Source of the DNA: Geosiphon pyriformis uo1
Lineage: Eukaryota; Fungi; Glomeromycota
Length of the DNA stretch: 64,000 nt
Assembly (NCBI GenBank): GCA_016748015.1
Contig: JAAOMT010000135.1
Span: 372,001 to 436,000, forward strand
Reading direction: 5' to 3'
Shown here: piece by piece, positions 13,806 to 27,629 of the stretch
Layout of the letters: every line of letters starts with the position of its first letter
How positions within the stretch are numbered: the stretch's first letter is position 1
The notes under the pieces: model-generated
Told to the model about the DNA's origin: nothing
What the model saw: the letters and a program-made list of their open reading frames with translations, nothing else
Database searches by the model: none
Position numbers and translations under genes: made by a program

Positions 13806-14766
13806 TATTACAGATAATTATTTGAGGTCTCAAATCAAATAACAAATCTGTAACTTAGTACTTAATAGCTGCTATAATTGGTAGTATCTGAAGGTTTTGG
13901 TTAAGTTCTTTGTATAATGGACAAAGATTTAAGAATTGTAATTCATAGCTTCCCAAAATCACAATTTCATCAAATTTTTTTTTCAATATAATGGCAGATA
14001 ATTCTCTTGGTAAGCTATCCTCAATTGAATGTTCTACTCTTATTTCTGGGTTTTTTATCAGTCACTTTGACATTGATAACTCTGCACATTGATTTTTAAT
14101 CAATTAGTAAACAACAAAACAAATCAAAGAAAAGAAAGAAAATAAAAAAAAAATAAAGAAATTAAGCCAAAGCAAGTAATATTAATATTCCATCAATAAC
14201 TGTAATTAAGAGCTATTGTTCTAGTGTGATTAAGTGTCAACAACTATCAACATGAAGTGTTGATAGTTAGAGTTTGATAAATATTTCTTAATCAAATAAT
14301 AATAACATAAATTGGATATGGATAAGTATTTTTATTAATATTTTAATAATTTTACTTAGTGGATATAAACTAATCTTAAAGTAATTAGTGAACAGATAAA
14401 AAGGGAAGTCTAAAACTAAGAGCTCTTTGAAGTGAAAAGTATCTTAATAATTATAATCTGTAAGTCTAATTAACTCTAAGAGTTTTATTAACTCTGAGTC
14501 TAATTGCCTTATTTTCTAGCTTCTGATATTACTGTTATATATATATAATTCTCTTTACACAAAAAATTTTTTTTCTTTGCTAGATTTCTTGAAACATCCA
14601 GGATTTCCTGAAAAATTCTCAACTTTTTTAAAATATCTTAGATTTTCTGAAACATCCAGGATTTTCTGAAAAATTCTTTTTTCTCTTTTTCTATTCTAAT
14701 TGGTTAATTTATAATCATGTGTTTTTTTTTTTAATTATATATTATTATTTTTTTTTAAGTATAACA
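13806..14766 (-). mobile_element. Solo LTR (family-1 related) inserted antisense in the integrase of A
   Basis: Reverse complement matches the R/U5 part of the A/B/D LTRs (e.g. cattatacaaagaact, cacttcatgttgatag); flanked by atag/atgg 4-bp TSD; removing it restores the IN segment YLIKWPKVK. Confidence 0.88.
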
Positions 14767-16385
14767 ATGGCCAAAAGTAAAAGCAATCCAAAGAGCAGAT
14801 ACAGAATTTATAGCCAAATTTGTTCACCAAGATTTGATTTGTCAACATAAATGTCCAAAAAAATTATTATTAGATCAAGAAACTTATTTTGTAAACAGAA
14901 CATTAACAGAATTAAGTCACAGATTTGGAATCAAAAAACTATTATTATCGTTATATTATTCACAAACAAATGGTTTAATTGAAAGATTTAACAGAACATT
15001 ATATAAAGCAATAGCAAAAATTAGCCAAAAAACCCAAGACAAATAAAATTTATTTATATCATCAATACTATTTGCTTATTAGACAATGAAGCAAGATACC
15101 ATACAAGCAACACTATTTGAACTTGTTTATGATAGAACAACAACATTACCAGTTGAAATAGACATCAATACATATTTAATAAAACCAATAACAGAAGCCA
15201 ACTTTCAAAAAATATTGCTAAGAAAAACATACAAACTAATAAAAACATTGGAAAACAAAAGACAAAAAGCAGTTGATAATATTCAAAAGTTACAAAAAAA
15301 ACAAAAAGAATAACATAATAACCAATTATCAAATAAACCAGTTGAATTCAAGATTGGAGACAAAGTACTTTTATATTATACCAAAGTGAAAAAACAATAA
15401 AGTGGAAAATTTGATCCCAAATGGAACAGACTATTTCATATTGAAAAAATTCTAAAAAATAGAGCTTATAAACTAAGATAAGACAACAAAATTTTAGCTA
15501 AAACAACACATAAAGATCAACTGAAACTATATCACAATATAGCATTATCATTTATTAATTATATTCCACAACTGAGAGTACAAAGAATACTAGTTAAACC
15601 AAATGAGATTCCATGAGATCTAGAACCAATTATTATTATCAAAGCAAACATGTCAAAGTGATCTACTATAATAGTATATAAAGAACCAAGATGCACAACA
15701 AAAACAACAAGAAAAAATAAAAATCACTAACAACATACACTCACTTACACAACAACTATCACAACTGATTTAACAACAGAGATCAAGTCTGGAAATTACT
15801 ATTAATAAACACATAATTTAATACAAGGACAAAAAAATAACACAAAAAAACCAAACCAAAGAGCAATATTTTAGATATTATGTTTTTGGAAACACTGTAA
15901 ATAAAATAATGGGAAAGATAGAAAAGACATTAGAAGATCCAAAAATATCAATACCAGAAGAAAAATTGATCTTAGAAAATTAGAACCAATAGATACAACA
16001 AAATCCAAAAAACTTTTGTTATTATTAGTTGGAACAACAGTTAAACATCAAAAACTTGTACATCAACAAAACAAAAAAAAAATTTGATCTGATCCAATTA
16101 CAACAAATTAAACAAATTGTTAGAAAGAACAATATATTTACATATACAAGAGCCATTTATCAACTATGGATGGGATTTTAAAACAGATTAAAAATATTAT
16201 TACATCTGACAATAAATATGATAACAATTAATCAATTGGGAAAATTAATCAACACCCAATTTGAAGAATTACAGACCAAAATTACAAAAACAATTTTGAA
16301 AAAAGAAGTTATGAAGTTAATCCAAAAAAAAATTTAGAAAATTTAGAAAATTTTAACAGAGCTTAATATTAAAAAAAGAAAATAA

Positions 16386-17310
16386 TATTATTCATAAAAA
16401 GTAAAAATAGTATATAGTTAGAAAAATAGCCAATCAGAAATAGATATAGTAATAGAAGAATTTCAGGATTTTTTTAAAGGAATTGTAGGATTCCAGAATC
16501 TCAGAATCCCAGAATTTTTTATAAAGAATTACAAAATTCTAGGAATTTTATATAACACCAATTATGTATATATAGCAGTAGTATTAAAAGTGAGAAAAGT
16601 ATTTAGAACTCAGATTTGGTTCAGTTTCAGTTTAGTATCTTCTTTTTTATTTATTAATTAACTCTTACTTTATGAATAGTTAATATTCATTGAAGTAAAT
16701 TCATTAGCAAAATATCAAATAAAATATACTTATTATCATTTAATCTATGTTGTTATTATTTGTTTAAAAATCTAATTACTCTTCTATTTTATTAATATTT
16801 CATGTTGATAACATCTAATACTTAATCACACTGGAACAATAGCTTTTAATCATGGCTATTGATAAGATACTAATTTTTTATTTTCTTCTTATTTTCTTTT
16901 ATTTTTATTTTTATTTTTTTTCTTTTGTTGTGTTAATTTACTAATTGATTAAAGAGATTAAGCACTAAGTAATTGATGTCAAAAAGACTGATAAAAGATC
17001 CAGAAATAAGAATAGACAATTCGGAATTCAAGAATAGCTTATCAGAGAACCAGCCATCAAGCTAAAAAAAAATTAACAAAAAAATTTTCTGAAAAACTAC
17101 AAACACCAAAGCATACCAACTTGAGAGTTGAGGAAAAAACTAGAAACATTACCAAAGAATATTATCATTAAATCTCTGTTTATTATACAAAAAACTCAAC
17201 TAAAACCTTCAGATACCAAAATCTTCAGATATAACCAACTGTACTAGCTATTAAGCACTAAATTATAAGTTTGTTATTTGTTTTTAGACCCCAAATAATC
17301 ATCTGTAATA
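16386..17310 (+). repeat. 3' LTR of element A
   Basis: tattattca...tgtaata (decayed TGTTAC..GTAACA); preceded by a purine tract; has the CCAAT, GGATTC repeats and TATA seen in the B LTRs; followed by TCAT and LINE sequence. Confidence 0.85.
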
Positions 17311-20300
17311 TCATCATGATTTCATTTGCTCTAAGTTTTATCTTATTTGGCTCTAAAATTAACTTATTACTAATAATCAAATAATTCAAAACAACTTTAT
17401 AAAAAGGTTGTTTCAAAACAAATCTTATTATACCACTTTTATTCAAACTAAAATTGTTCATTCTTTTTTCAATTATTTTTTTAATAACTGTATTTTTAGC
17501 TGTTTTAGATTCATAATATTTCAATTTTTTATAGTTTTTCTTGACTAAAAATAACTGCTTCAACATTTCATCTGTATTTTTATTATTATAAACCAAAATG
17601 TCAACTTTAGAAGCTTTCTTGTTATTAAAAATAGACCAAATCTTGATAAGACAATCATACTTTAATTTATAATTTGCACTCACTTTTTTTACAATTTTTG
17701 AAACTAGTAGTTCCAAGTTGCAAAACCTTGAAAATCAACTATTTTTTAAGCACTCAAACTTATTAAACCAATGTTTAAAAAAATTTTATTTGCCAAATTA
17801 ATCATTACTTTTCTTAAAACATTCCATATAGTGTCCAAATTGCTAAGATTATTTGCACTATTAAAACTACTTATAATTTTAACAGACTAATGAAAACATA
17901 TTTTTAAAAACCAGTATATTTAGCATCATTTGTATCTATAACTCTAAATCTCCAATAGTTTTTATTAGCTTGCTTATAAATTGCAAGCAAACACTTGTTC
18001 AACAGACCACCCAGACTAAGAAAAACTATAATAGCTTTGTGATTAGTATCAAAAAACTCAGATACACTATTAATACTTTAAACTATTACAAAAAATAAGA
18101 TATATTAACTAATAAGAATATAGTTAATGGTTTTCTTTACATCTCATAAATTGGACTATGTTGAAAGCTTGGAAACAATCCTACTTAAAAAAAAATTGCA
18201 CAAACCCAGATCAAAACATTTCTTGAAACTTGCATTGTGTTTTTTTCTGTCTTTATTGAAATTACTACCTAACACAATATAAAAGCTTAAGTTAATCACC
18301 TTAACAACAAAAAAATTCACCTCATTGGCTTGATTAAATTGCATATTAGCTGAAGTATTAACATACAAACTTATTAATATAACAGAATATTTACTATTAA
18401 ACAAAAGATATATTAAATAAAACAACCTGAAATCTTAGAAATTTTGCACATATGTCAAGCTAAAAAGTTATTTATTACAACAGCTACTTTAATATTTATG
18501 TACTTAATGTTTAGACTAGGAACAAAAACTTTTACATCCTAAAACCTATTTTTAATCCAAGACTTAATCCGACTTTTTAGTTTTAGTGAAAAAAGAAACT
18601 TAATTGCCAGACTCATTATGCTATCTAATAATATTATTCTGTTTAACCAAATTGTTTATTCTTTAGAAATTACATATAGCAATCTTTTAGACAAAATCAC
18701 TTATTGAGAAAAAAAACACTGATAAATCCAAACTAGCACATAACTAATCTGACTTTACCAAAACTGAATTTACAGAGGTCTCAAGAGCTAACAACTTTAA
18801 CTTTAGACTGTTCATCTTAGTGGTTAAAACTTTTGAATTACTCAAACTTAAAACTAAAACTGTATTACTCTTAACTAAAAAGAGAAATATAAAAGACACA
18901 TTTAGAATATCCAAAACAATATTTGAATCTAAATCCAAAATCAAAAATATAGATGTAACAAGAAAAAAAAACTAAAAGACAGATATAAGTAATATCAGGT
19001 TAACAGTATTCAATCTCTTTATAATACTTAATACTTGGTTAACTAAAAGCTCTAAAAAACATTCCAAAAAAGCCAAATAAATGCCAATATACAAATTATT
19101 AAGAATAACTGAAATGCTTATTTTATTGTATAATACATCAGAACAAGAAGAAAAACCAAAACCAGAACTGAAACTGGAACCAAAATAAGTACCATCTGAA
19201 AAAAAAGCAAGTAAAACCATTTGTATCCAAGTTTTGCCACCAAAGACAGCAAGATAAAAAATAAGAACACTTTTTTTTGTGTACAGCTTGGCCAATTAAA
19301 TGTAATTTACATTAAAAACAACTCTTTTAAATATTTTTAAGAGCACAAAAATAGATGTATTTGGAACATTACACTTTAAAGCAGAATAATCAAACTTCTT
19401 ATATCTTTTATATTGAATCAGATCTATTCTAGTTTATAAAAGTTTTACATTACTAAAAACTGGTTTTGTGTAAAAAGCAGACTCCAACTCCTTATTTGAT
19501 CTGAAACCAATCACAACACAGTAAATTCAGTTACTAATTACAAGTAAATAATTAATAATACAGGTTTTTTTATCAACTCTATTTAACAAAATGCCCAAAT
19601 TATAAGCTGTTGTTCCCATAAGCAAGATAAACAAAAACACTTTGAACTAATTTCTAAACATCTAAGTATTGGAATTTTTCATAGCTATAATTATATGCAC
19701 TAAATATTTTCTGATTAGAAATAATTATTTAGAAGTTAATTGTTTAGTCTGACCTGATTCAGTGAATTCCACCACAGTTTTTGCCATATCTTAATTAACT
19801 AAACTTTAATTGATTTGATTTGACCAAATTCAGATACTGTGGTAATAATCATTTTTTTTGGTATATCTATAAGAATTTTTTTGATAACCACAGTCCAATT
19901 TAAATACATTTCTTGTTTTTTAACATTATTGTTTATGATAATTTCTTTCTTTCTGGCCAATAAAATAGTTTTCTCTATGTTTTCCATTAAAGTAAAAGTA
20001 GATTAGATAATATTTTCAAATTTTAAAGAAGTAGTAATTCTCCAAAACCATTGATTATCAAAAATAATTTTTTAATGAACTGAGTTTTTGCTGTTGTAGA
20101 TTTGTCTTTTATTGTTGAAAGATTAATGTCCAAAACAAAAAACTTTTTGACTAACATCTCAATTTGAGTTTTTACAATCTTTGGATCAATTTACTTATTT
20201 TTCAAAGAAATGTTAAATAAAGAAGGAAAAGGTCTATTATCTTTATTCATGTTATAATCAATAGAACCAATAGGAGAACTATACTCCAAACTAATATCTG

Positions 20301-20624
20301 CACTATTTTTTACTTTAGGAGTATTTGCTGCAAAACCAAGAAAAAAACCATTATTAACACCCAAAAACATATTATTATTCTCACTATTACCAAATACATT
20401 ATTTTTATCTGAATATATGCTACTGTTAATAATAGTCTTAACCAAAGAAATATCTTTTTTATTACCAAAATACTTAATATTGCCAACTGAAATCTTTTTT
20501 TTCTGGGAAAAAAAATCTTCAATAGGGCTCTATAAAGCACTTTTAAGCATCTTTTTTTTTAATATACTGCTATTTAAAGTAGCTATTAAGTTTATTACAA
20601 AAAGATTATTTGTTTGAGAAATGT
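17311..20624 (-). mobile_element. Decayed L1/Tad-like LINE: ORF1 (~20575-18700) and AP-endonuclease part of ORF2; cut by A at left and C at right (5' UTR resumes at 28308-~28395)
   Basis: ORF1 with RRM-like segment (VSEFGQIKSIKV) and coiled coil; APE motifs IVLGSNFN, KTINYIL, FDTNH; post-APE segment RFVLKQPFYKVVLNYL. Confidence 0.8.
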
Positions 20625-21302
20625 TGTTACGGGTTGGAGTAATAAGCTAACAGATAGCAAGGGAGAACAGTATTGTATAGTAATGGAAATAAACAAAGAG
20701 GGAATTACAATAAGAGAGCGAATTGAATAAATAGGAATTCAATGTGTGTGATCAGTCTTATAAAAATCACAGTTGTTAATCTTTTCTTAAATCTGAAGGT
20801 AGAGGAATAGTCCGTGATTGTCAACAAGATAACACCGCTGCTATTATTCTATGCCTCAACTCAGCAATTCTTAGAATCAATAACAGGTATCATTGTACTT
20901 TTTAATCATTTCTTTATTCAATGAATTACAAGAGCAAGCCAATTGCTTCTCAGGCTAATTCTAACAAATACAAATCAAGAAAAAGAAAAGATAAGGTATG
21001 TGAATGCCAACAAGTAGATACTTGAAGGTAAAAAAAGGGGAATAAGCGATTATGAGAGGAAGTAATTGATATTTTTTATTTCGTTACTTTGATCATGTCT
21101 TTCTACAGCTAAGGAAATTATTGCTTATATAGCTATCTAAAATGGTCAACAACCAGGTCAACAATCAGGTCAATGATCAAGTCAACGGTCAGATCATTGA
21201 TCAGGTCAACGATCACTATCTAAAAATAGGGTGGCTAATTATATAACATCATTAGCTAATACATGTGATAATTAATAAAAACTATGTGTTTCAACCATAA
21301 TA
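20625..21302 (-). repeat. 3' LTR of C
   Basis: Direct repeat of 27630-28307; six 12-bp units at 21144-21215. Confidence 0.95.
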
Positions 21303-21928
21303 TTATCCTCTCCAAAGAGATTGAGCTCTGGTGAAATCAAACTATTTATGGGATAGTCTATGTGAAGGGTTTTGTCTAACTCAAAACTAACTAGTTTGTT
21401 GAAGTTTTTTGTGGATAGAGTATATAATACTTGAGGTGAAATAAGTTTTGTATCCAAGAGACCAAATCTTTGTATAAGAGTTCTGGCTCTTCTAGCAATG
21501 GTCAAAACTCTTGGGACATCCAATCGTATAATGCCCAAAATTTCCACTTGTATCTCTGAAGTTGTTTTCTTCATGAGCTTCATGTCTTCTATGATTTCAC
21601 CAAAACGACCATAGAGTTTTAGTTGTCTTTCATATGACAAGTTTTTGTCTATGAGCAAGATTTCTTATATTGTTTTTCCAATTGTGCTAGAAGGTGAAAG
21701 TATTGCTGCTGTTATGCTTTCCAGCAGGTATTTATCCATTTTGCCACCAATTCTTTCTCTTTTGGTAGTTGTTTTCTTTGGTCTAATAACAATGTGAGTT
21801 CTACTGTTGTCTGTTATAGTGGTTTGTTTTCCGATAGTCAGAGTAACATTTGGATAGTTTTTGATCCAGTACTCATGGAGAGTATAGAAAACGTTTTGAA
21901 TGTTTTGATCCAGGAAATAATTGTTCAT
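21272..21928 (-). pseudogene. ORF3 of C (218 aa consensus, unknown function), runs through the PPT into the LTR
   Basis: Two in-frame ORF pieces split by one CAA>TAA; G has its single stop elsewhere, so the consensus is intact. Confidence 0.8.
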
Positions 21929-21975
21929 GTCGATTGAAGATATCTCTGTTTTGGGAATGATGCATTTATTTATAT

Positions 21976-23277
21976 CTAATTTTTGCTGATTATTTGGGTC
22001 AGTATTACCACAACAGGTAACCAATCAGGTCGTTTGTGATATTTTTTGAGTTGCGTGCCATAAACAGGGCGATCACTGAATATTGTTCCATATTGATCTT
22101 GTAAGATATAAGAACCATTGTTCAAAACTTTGTTGACTATAAAGAGTCCTTTCCACTGGCTAGAGAATTTATCACCATAGACATTGTCTCTGTCTGAACA
22201 GTATTCCAAAACTAAGTTACCAACACTTAAAGAAAGTGTTTTATAGGTTTTTTTCTTTTTGAGCTTCTCTTGGAACTGTTTTATCTTTTCAAAGGCAATT
22301 ATCCGTGCTTCTACTAATAAGTCAAGAATAGTACCAAGTCTTCTTTGCAAAATGTCTTTGTAATCTCCTATTGTTATTTCTTCAAAAGGTATTGTTTCTA
22401 TATCTGTTTCTATTGGTAGAGTTGCCATTCGTCCATAGAACAGATAAAAGGATTCATAATTTGTTATGTTATGATTCACAGTTCTGTAAGCAAACAAGGC
22501 TGAAGACAATACTTTGTCCCATAAGTTGGTTTCTTTACTGGTTTTGGCTAGGGTTTCACATAGTGTTCTATTGAAATGTTCTACTAGGCCATTTGTTTGG
22601 GAGTAATAAGGAGAAGAAAGTTTATGATGTATTCCCATTTTTCTGCAAAGTTCTTCAACCAGTGTACTAAGAAAAGCTCTTTCTCTATCAAATAAAAGTT
22701 CTTTGGGGCAGCCATGGCGACAGATAATATCTTCATAAATGAAATTGGCAATTGAGACTGCTGTTTGATCTGGGGTGGCTCTTGCTTCTACCCACTTTGT
22801 AAAATAGTTGGTAGCTGTGATAATGTATCTGTTGCCATCAAGAGTTACTGTTAAAAGTCCAACAACATCTATACCAATTCTATCAAATAGTTGACCAACA
22901 GAGATTGGATGGATATCTTCCTTGCGATTGGGTTTTTCTCTTCTTTGGCAGGTATCACAGGTTTTAATGTATTCAGCAATGTCTTTTCCCAAGGTAGGCC
23001 AATAATAGTGAGTTAAAGTTTTCTGAATTGTTTTTGTTTTTCCAAAGTGTCCAGCTAATGGATCAGTGTGTATATTGTAGATCACAATTTTTCTTTCTTC
23101 AAATCTAATGACTCTCTGGGGGCGGTTAGGATCTTTTCTATTTCTTTTATATAATTGGTTCTGGCGAATCAAATAGAAATTTGATTGTTTGCGCAAATGT
23201 TCTCTTTGCTGTCGAGTATAGTCCAGCGGGTATTGTCCTTTACCCAAAAATTTTATTAAAGCAGAGTAGTTGTCCAA
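21976..23277 (-). CDS. Integrase of C (open 433-codon frame, separate from RT-RH)
   Basis: HTDPLAGH...CDTC (HHCC), IGID / LFD / GLVE (DDE), WKGLF (GPY/F-like). Confidence 0.92.
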   Translation of the reverse strand: MDNYSALIKFLGKGQYPLDYTRQQREHLRKQSNFYLIRQNQLYKRNRKDPNRPQRVIRFEERKIVIYNIHTDPLAGHFGKTKTIQKTLTHYYWPTLGKDIAEYIKTCDTCQRREKPNRKEDIHPISVGQLFDRIGIDVVGLLTVTLDGNRYIITATNYFTKWVEARATPDQTAVSIANFIYEDIICRHGCPKELLFDRERAFLSTLVEELCRKMGIHHKLSSPYYSQTNGLVEHFNRTLCETLAKTSKETNLWDKVLSSALFAYRTVNHNITNYESFYLFYGRMATLPIETDIETIPFEEITIGDYKDILQRRLGTILDLLVEARIIAFEKIKQFQEKLKKKKTYKTLSLSVGNLVLEYCSDRDNVYGDKFSSQWKGLFIVNKVLNNGSYILQDQYGTIFSDRPVYGTQLKKYHKRPDWLPVVVILTQIISKN

Positions 23278-23348
23278 GTCTATTATCGTGTTTGTTTGTG
23301 GGAGAGTTACAAATAATTAAGTTGGTTTGGTTTGAGAGGGTTTTACTA

Positions 23349-26036
23349 TCACTGGATGGTAAGTCTGGAGAGAGCATCAGCATTTTGATGATTAGCTCCT
23401 TTGTGGTGTTGAATGTCATAGTCGAATTCGTCCAAGTGGAGTATTCAGCGAGTTATCCGTTTATGTTCCAGGTTTCTTTTGTTGTGTAGCCAAACCAAAG
23501 CTTGGTGATCTGTTACCACCAAAAATTTTACACCCTTAAGATATTTGTCTCAGTAGCTGGTAGTCCAAACTACTGCTAAGCATTCCTGCTCAGTAACTGA
23601 GTAGTTCTTTTCTGCTGGTGTGAGAGTTCTACTGGCATATGCTACGGCGTGTTCTCTGTTATCTTCATCTTTTTGGGAAAGAACAGCACCAAGTCCATAG
23701 CCAGATGTATCAGTGTGGAGGATAAAAGATTGATCCAAATTAGGTTGCATGAGGATGGGTTTTGTAACCAGTTTTTCCTTCAGAATTTCAAATGCTTTTT
23801 GTTGATGAGTGTCCCAGTAATAATTGATGTTTTTCTTAAGTAGCTGATTGAGAGGAGCAGCGATTTTGGAGAAATCCTTGACAAACTTGCAATAATAAAA
23901 GGCCAAACCAAGAAAAGAGCATAGTTCATGAACATTCATTGGTTGTCTAATGTTTTGAACTTTTTCAATTTTGGCTGGATCAGGAAAGATTTCATCTTTT
24001 GTAATAAGATGGCCAAGAAACTGGGTGGATTGACGTCCAAAGAATGATTTGATTGGATTGATCTTGAGACCAGCATTTCTAAGGAGGTCAAAAATCTTTT
24101 GCAAATGTTCAAGGTGTTCATCCCAGGTTTTTGAGTACACCATTATGTCGTCCAAGTAGACTAGAACAAAGTTTTCTTTTACTGATTTAAATACTTTGTC
24201 CATTAAGTGTTGAAATGTGGGAGGAGCATTGGTGAGACCAAAAGACATGACTGTGAATTCGTAGATACTATACTTGGTGATGAAGGCAGTTTTCTTTCTG
24301 CTTTCTGGATCCATCTCTACTTGCCAGAATCCAGCAGTTAAGTCAATGGTTGAGAAGAAAGCAGCACCATGGAATTGGTCTAGCATTGCATCAATCTTGA
24401 GAAGTGGGTACATGTCTCTTTCAGTAATGGCATTTAATTGGCGATAGTCAACACAAAAGTGTAAGGTTCCTTCTTTCTTGGATACCACTACAACTGGGAA
24501 TGCCCATTCACTCTTGGTTTCCTGTATAAATCCAAGGGTTTTCATTCGGGTTATTTTCTTTTTGATAAACTCATCATTGTGCTGGTTGGATTGATAAGGC
24601 TTCAAATGGATGGGGCGAGTTTCTCTAGTGATAATAGTGTATTGTATCACATGTGTACGTCCAGTAGGTTCACCTTCTTTTAAGATAACTGGGCTGTTTC
24701 TAGCCAGCAGATTTTCAATGTCTATTTTTCTTTCTTCTGGAGAGGGTTCTCTTTGTTTTACAATCAGTGATTGGATTTCAGGTGGTTTGTTTTCAAAAGA
24801 CTTTTGGACTTTTTTTATTTCCTCTTGGGGTATCAAGCTGATTGGTTCCCAATCTTTGTAATAGATCAGGCAGGACATGCATTTATCACTAAGAGAATAC
24901 AATGGTTTGTCACACCAGACACAAGGACCATGCCACCAATAACTGTATTTGGCTTTCTTGCCTGGCTTTCTGTCAAAGGTTCTTCTGAGCATGTCATAAT
25001 AAGGCCAGCAGATCAGCTTGCCATTGACAATAATTCTTTCTTTATCTGCCTTGACATTATCCAGTGGTTTGCCATTGCTAGTGAAGATGGTATAGGCGAG
25101 TTCAGCAGTTTCTTCTTGTTCTTCTTGTTCTTCTTCTTCCTCACTTTCTTCATCATCTGATTTATCTGATTCATTTTCTTCTGGGCTCTGCTTGGGTACT
25201 GGGGGAGTTGTCCAATGGCGACACTTAACCACAATGGGTTTCTTACCACATCTGATGGTTAGTTCATAGAGTTCATAATTAAGCAAAGCCTTTGCTTTCT
25301 TGAGCCATTCATTGCCAACAATAATGGTGTATTCTTTTGCTTCAGACACTTTCATATCAGTTTCAATGCTGATGTCATTGATGCGGACAGGAATAGCTTT
25401 GGTTATACCAAGCCCTTTTTTCTTATCACCATGCACATTGGTCATTGGTTGTGTGGATGGTTCATCAATTTTTCTGCCAATTGCTTCAAGAAAGTGTTTG
25501 GCAATAACACTAACAGATGATCTACTGTCTAGAATCAAATCGATGAAGTAGCCAGCCACTTGGGCTTTACAAATTAGAGGAGTGACATTGCTATTGTCAG
25601 CAAGTCCAGCTTGGTGAGGGCATTTGTTGGTTTTGGGTGTCTTTTTCTTTGGAATTAGAGATTTGCGAAGATCTTTTCTGAATTGTGGATGGGTCATCAA
25701 TTGGCCAAAGGTTATATGTGCTGGGGTTTCCATAAGGTCTTTGACAACAGAATAGAGACCGGATTTTTGTACTATTTCTGGGGGTTCCAACTTTGGAGGG
25801 TTCTTGAAAACTTTGGCTTTTGGGGGCTCATTGTTGTAAGCAGTTGATGTAGAAGCTTTATTGGGGTCTAGAACGAAATCAACTTTGGCTTTCTTCTTCT
25901 TTCTTGTGGATTTAGAGGGTTTGATTGTTAATTCATCTATGTTATGATCATTATCAGTTAAGTTAAAAGCGTAAAAGGGGTTTTCTTCTGGTTGGCTTGC
26001 ATTCTCACCCTTTGGAGATGTGCCTACTAGTTTAAA
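23349..26036 (-). pseudogene. pol (protease-RT-RNase H) of C
   Basis: ILDSRSS protease site, WAFPVVVV, FGLTNAP, YLDD, HTDTSG; ends ADALSRLTIQ followed by TGA TAG. Confidence 0.93.
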
Positions 26037-27577
26037 GGCTGATAAACAGTGGCTTCAATTAGGGGATCCTCTCCAAAGAAATTAATGTTGGCATAATTGG
26101 ATCTTTGATTGGGCATATTGTTGTTGTTGATCCTGTTGTTTTGAGCATCATTGTTTCTGGGGACTGGTGGAAGCAGTGGAAGATTGTTGCAATCTCTTAA
26201 AAAGTGTCCAGTTAATTCACAGCGATAGCATACAGGTGGGCCACGATTTTGTTGTCTTTGATAAGGTGGTTGCTGGGGCTGATTGAAGCATGGTTCAAAT
26301 CTGAGTCTTTGTGGTTGCTGATTTTCTCTGACTGCTTAGGCTAAGGGTTCTAATAACTGAGCAAGATTTGCTGTGAGTCTGTCTATTAACTGTTCATTTG
26401 GATCTTGAGTGTGAGCGGCAAAAGAAGTAGCAGCCATTTGAGGGGCAGAAGCCATGACAGGAACAGGAGCAAAAACTAGTAGTGTGGATCCCAAGTGCAT
26501 TCTTTGGTTGTCTTCAATTCTTTGTGCAAATTCAATGGCCATATCCATAGTGGGATTATCTTTCAGGGCCAGGAAGGGCCAAAGAGCATATGATAGATCA
26601 GTTCTCAATCCTTTTGTGAAGGAGTGAATTTTCTGCTCTTCTGTCCAATTTCTTCCAGTGTCTACTCATTTGATTAACTTTCTGATTGCTTTGGCATATT
26701 TGGTTACAACTTCACCAGGACCTTAGGTTCTTCTTTCCAATTCCATATGTCATTTTGATATTAATATTGGGGTTCTGAACTTGTTTTCAAACTGGGTAGT
26801 AAAAGAAGTGTTGATTTCTCCCACATTTGCTGGTGTCCATCTAACAATTTTTTGCTGGGCATTGGCATCTATTTCTTGTAAGAACCAGGTAGCAGGGAAT
26901 CCTTGAAGGTAGCCACCAACAATTTGGAACTTGTACTCATCGTCATATTGATTGACTGTATTAGCTCTTTCAAAGTCATCCAACTATTCAATTGGATCTT
27001 GTGCATCACCTCTAAATAATGGTATTGGGGTGTTGTTTCTTCGCCCTAGAGCAGTTTGTATACCTTGGAGGGTGGCCAGAATGTTTGCTTGCATGGGGTT
27101 ATTAGCCATTGGTTCAGGGGTAACTGTTTGTGTAGACGAGTCTGATTCACTTAATAAAAGATCAAAAACAGGGGCAGTTTGGTAGCTTTCTTCTTCTATT
27201 TCAAAGGGAGTTTCAGTTGCTTGATGGGCAGCAATCCAAATGTGAATTTGATGATTCAGATATTCGAAATTAGAGGACTGTTGTTCAAAGGTTGCAGAAT
27301 ATAAGAGCTGATTAATACTGTTGTTTCTTTCTTCAAAGTTGTTTTCAAAATAAGCTTGGTCAAAGTAATAGGTTGTATAAGCTGTGTAGGTTTCAGCTGA
27401 ATGCTCGTTCAGGAACCAGTTCCAAAAGTCTTGGAATTGTCTACTGGATTGTTCTTCAAGGGGGAAGCAGATCAAGCAGGAGGGCAGAGGATTAAGTTCA
27501 ATGAAACTTTGGTCGTTTCTGTTGTGTGCTGCAAAGTATTCTTCTGATTGCTGTGGCAAATATGAGTAATCACCCAT
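26027..27577 (-). pseudogene. gag of C
   Basis: ATG ~28 nt after the PBS; capsid PLFRGDAQDPIE; CYRC..TGH..DC zinc knuckle; ends at the TTTAAAC-TAG slippery site. Confidence 0.9.
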
Positions 27578-27604
27578 ACAATGAGAGAATAAGTGAATTT
27601 TGAC

Positions 27605-27623
27605 AACCTCACAGGGAGCACCA
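27605..27623 (-). promoter_or_regulatory. Primer-binding site of C (TGGTGCTCCCTGTGAGGTT)
   Basis: 6 nt downstream of the 5' LTR end; same PBS as family 1. Confidence 0.9.
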
Positions 27624-27629
27624 CTTTTA

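Larger units (their letters stand above)
1..17310 (+). mobile_element. Ty3/Gypsy LTR retrotransposon A (family 1), heavily decayed; 5' part outside window; interrupted by B (3502-13679) and a solo LTR (13806-14766)
   Basis: Domains in order: dUTPase (~875-1270, ASRSNL, GGIIN, GFG), RT (~1800-2600), RNase H (~2700-3100), integrase in three pieces (3132-3501, 13680-13805, 14767-~15660; QTNGLIERFNRTL), 3' ORF (~15690-16365), purine tract, 3' LTR 16386-17310. Colinear with B once the inserts are removed. Confidence 0.9.

Noticed and set aside
1-17310. Alternative genetic code or stop readthrough to explain the many in-frame stops
   Set aside because: Stops differ between copies and trace to CAA/CAG/CGA/TGG transitions; host genes use the standard code.
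23181-25551. Antisense ORFs repeated in C and G (e.g. 23181-23489 / 60817-61125; 25300-25551 / 58745-58996)
   Set aside because: Shadows of pol and IN coding; recurrence is explained by the high identity of the two copies.
27605-27623. tRNA-like 3' end ...GGGAGCACCA on the plus strand as a tRNA gene
   Set aside because: Only ~19 nt; it is the complement of the PBS of element C.
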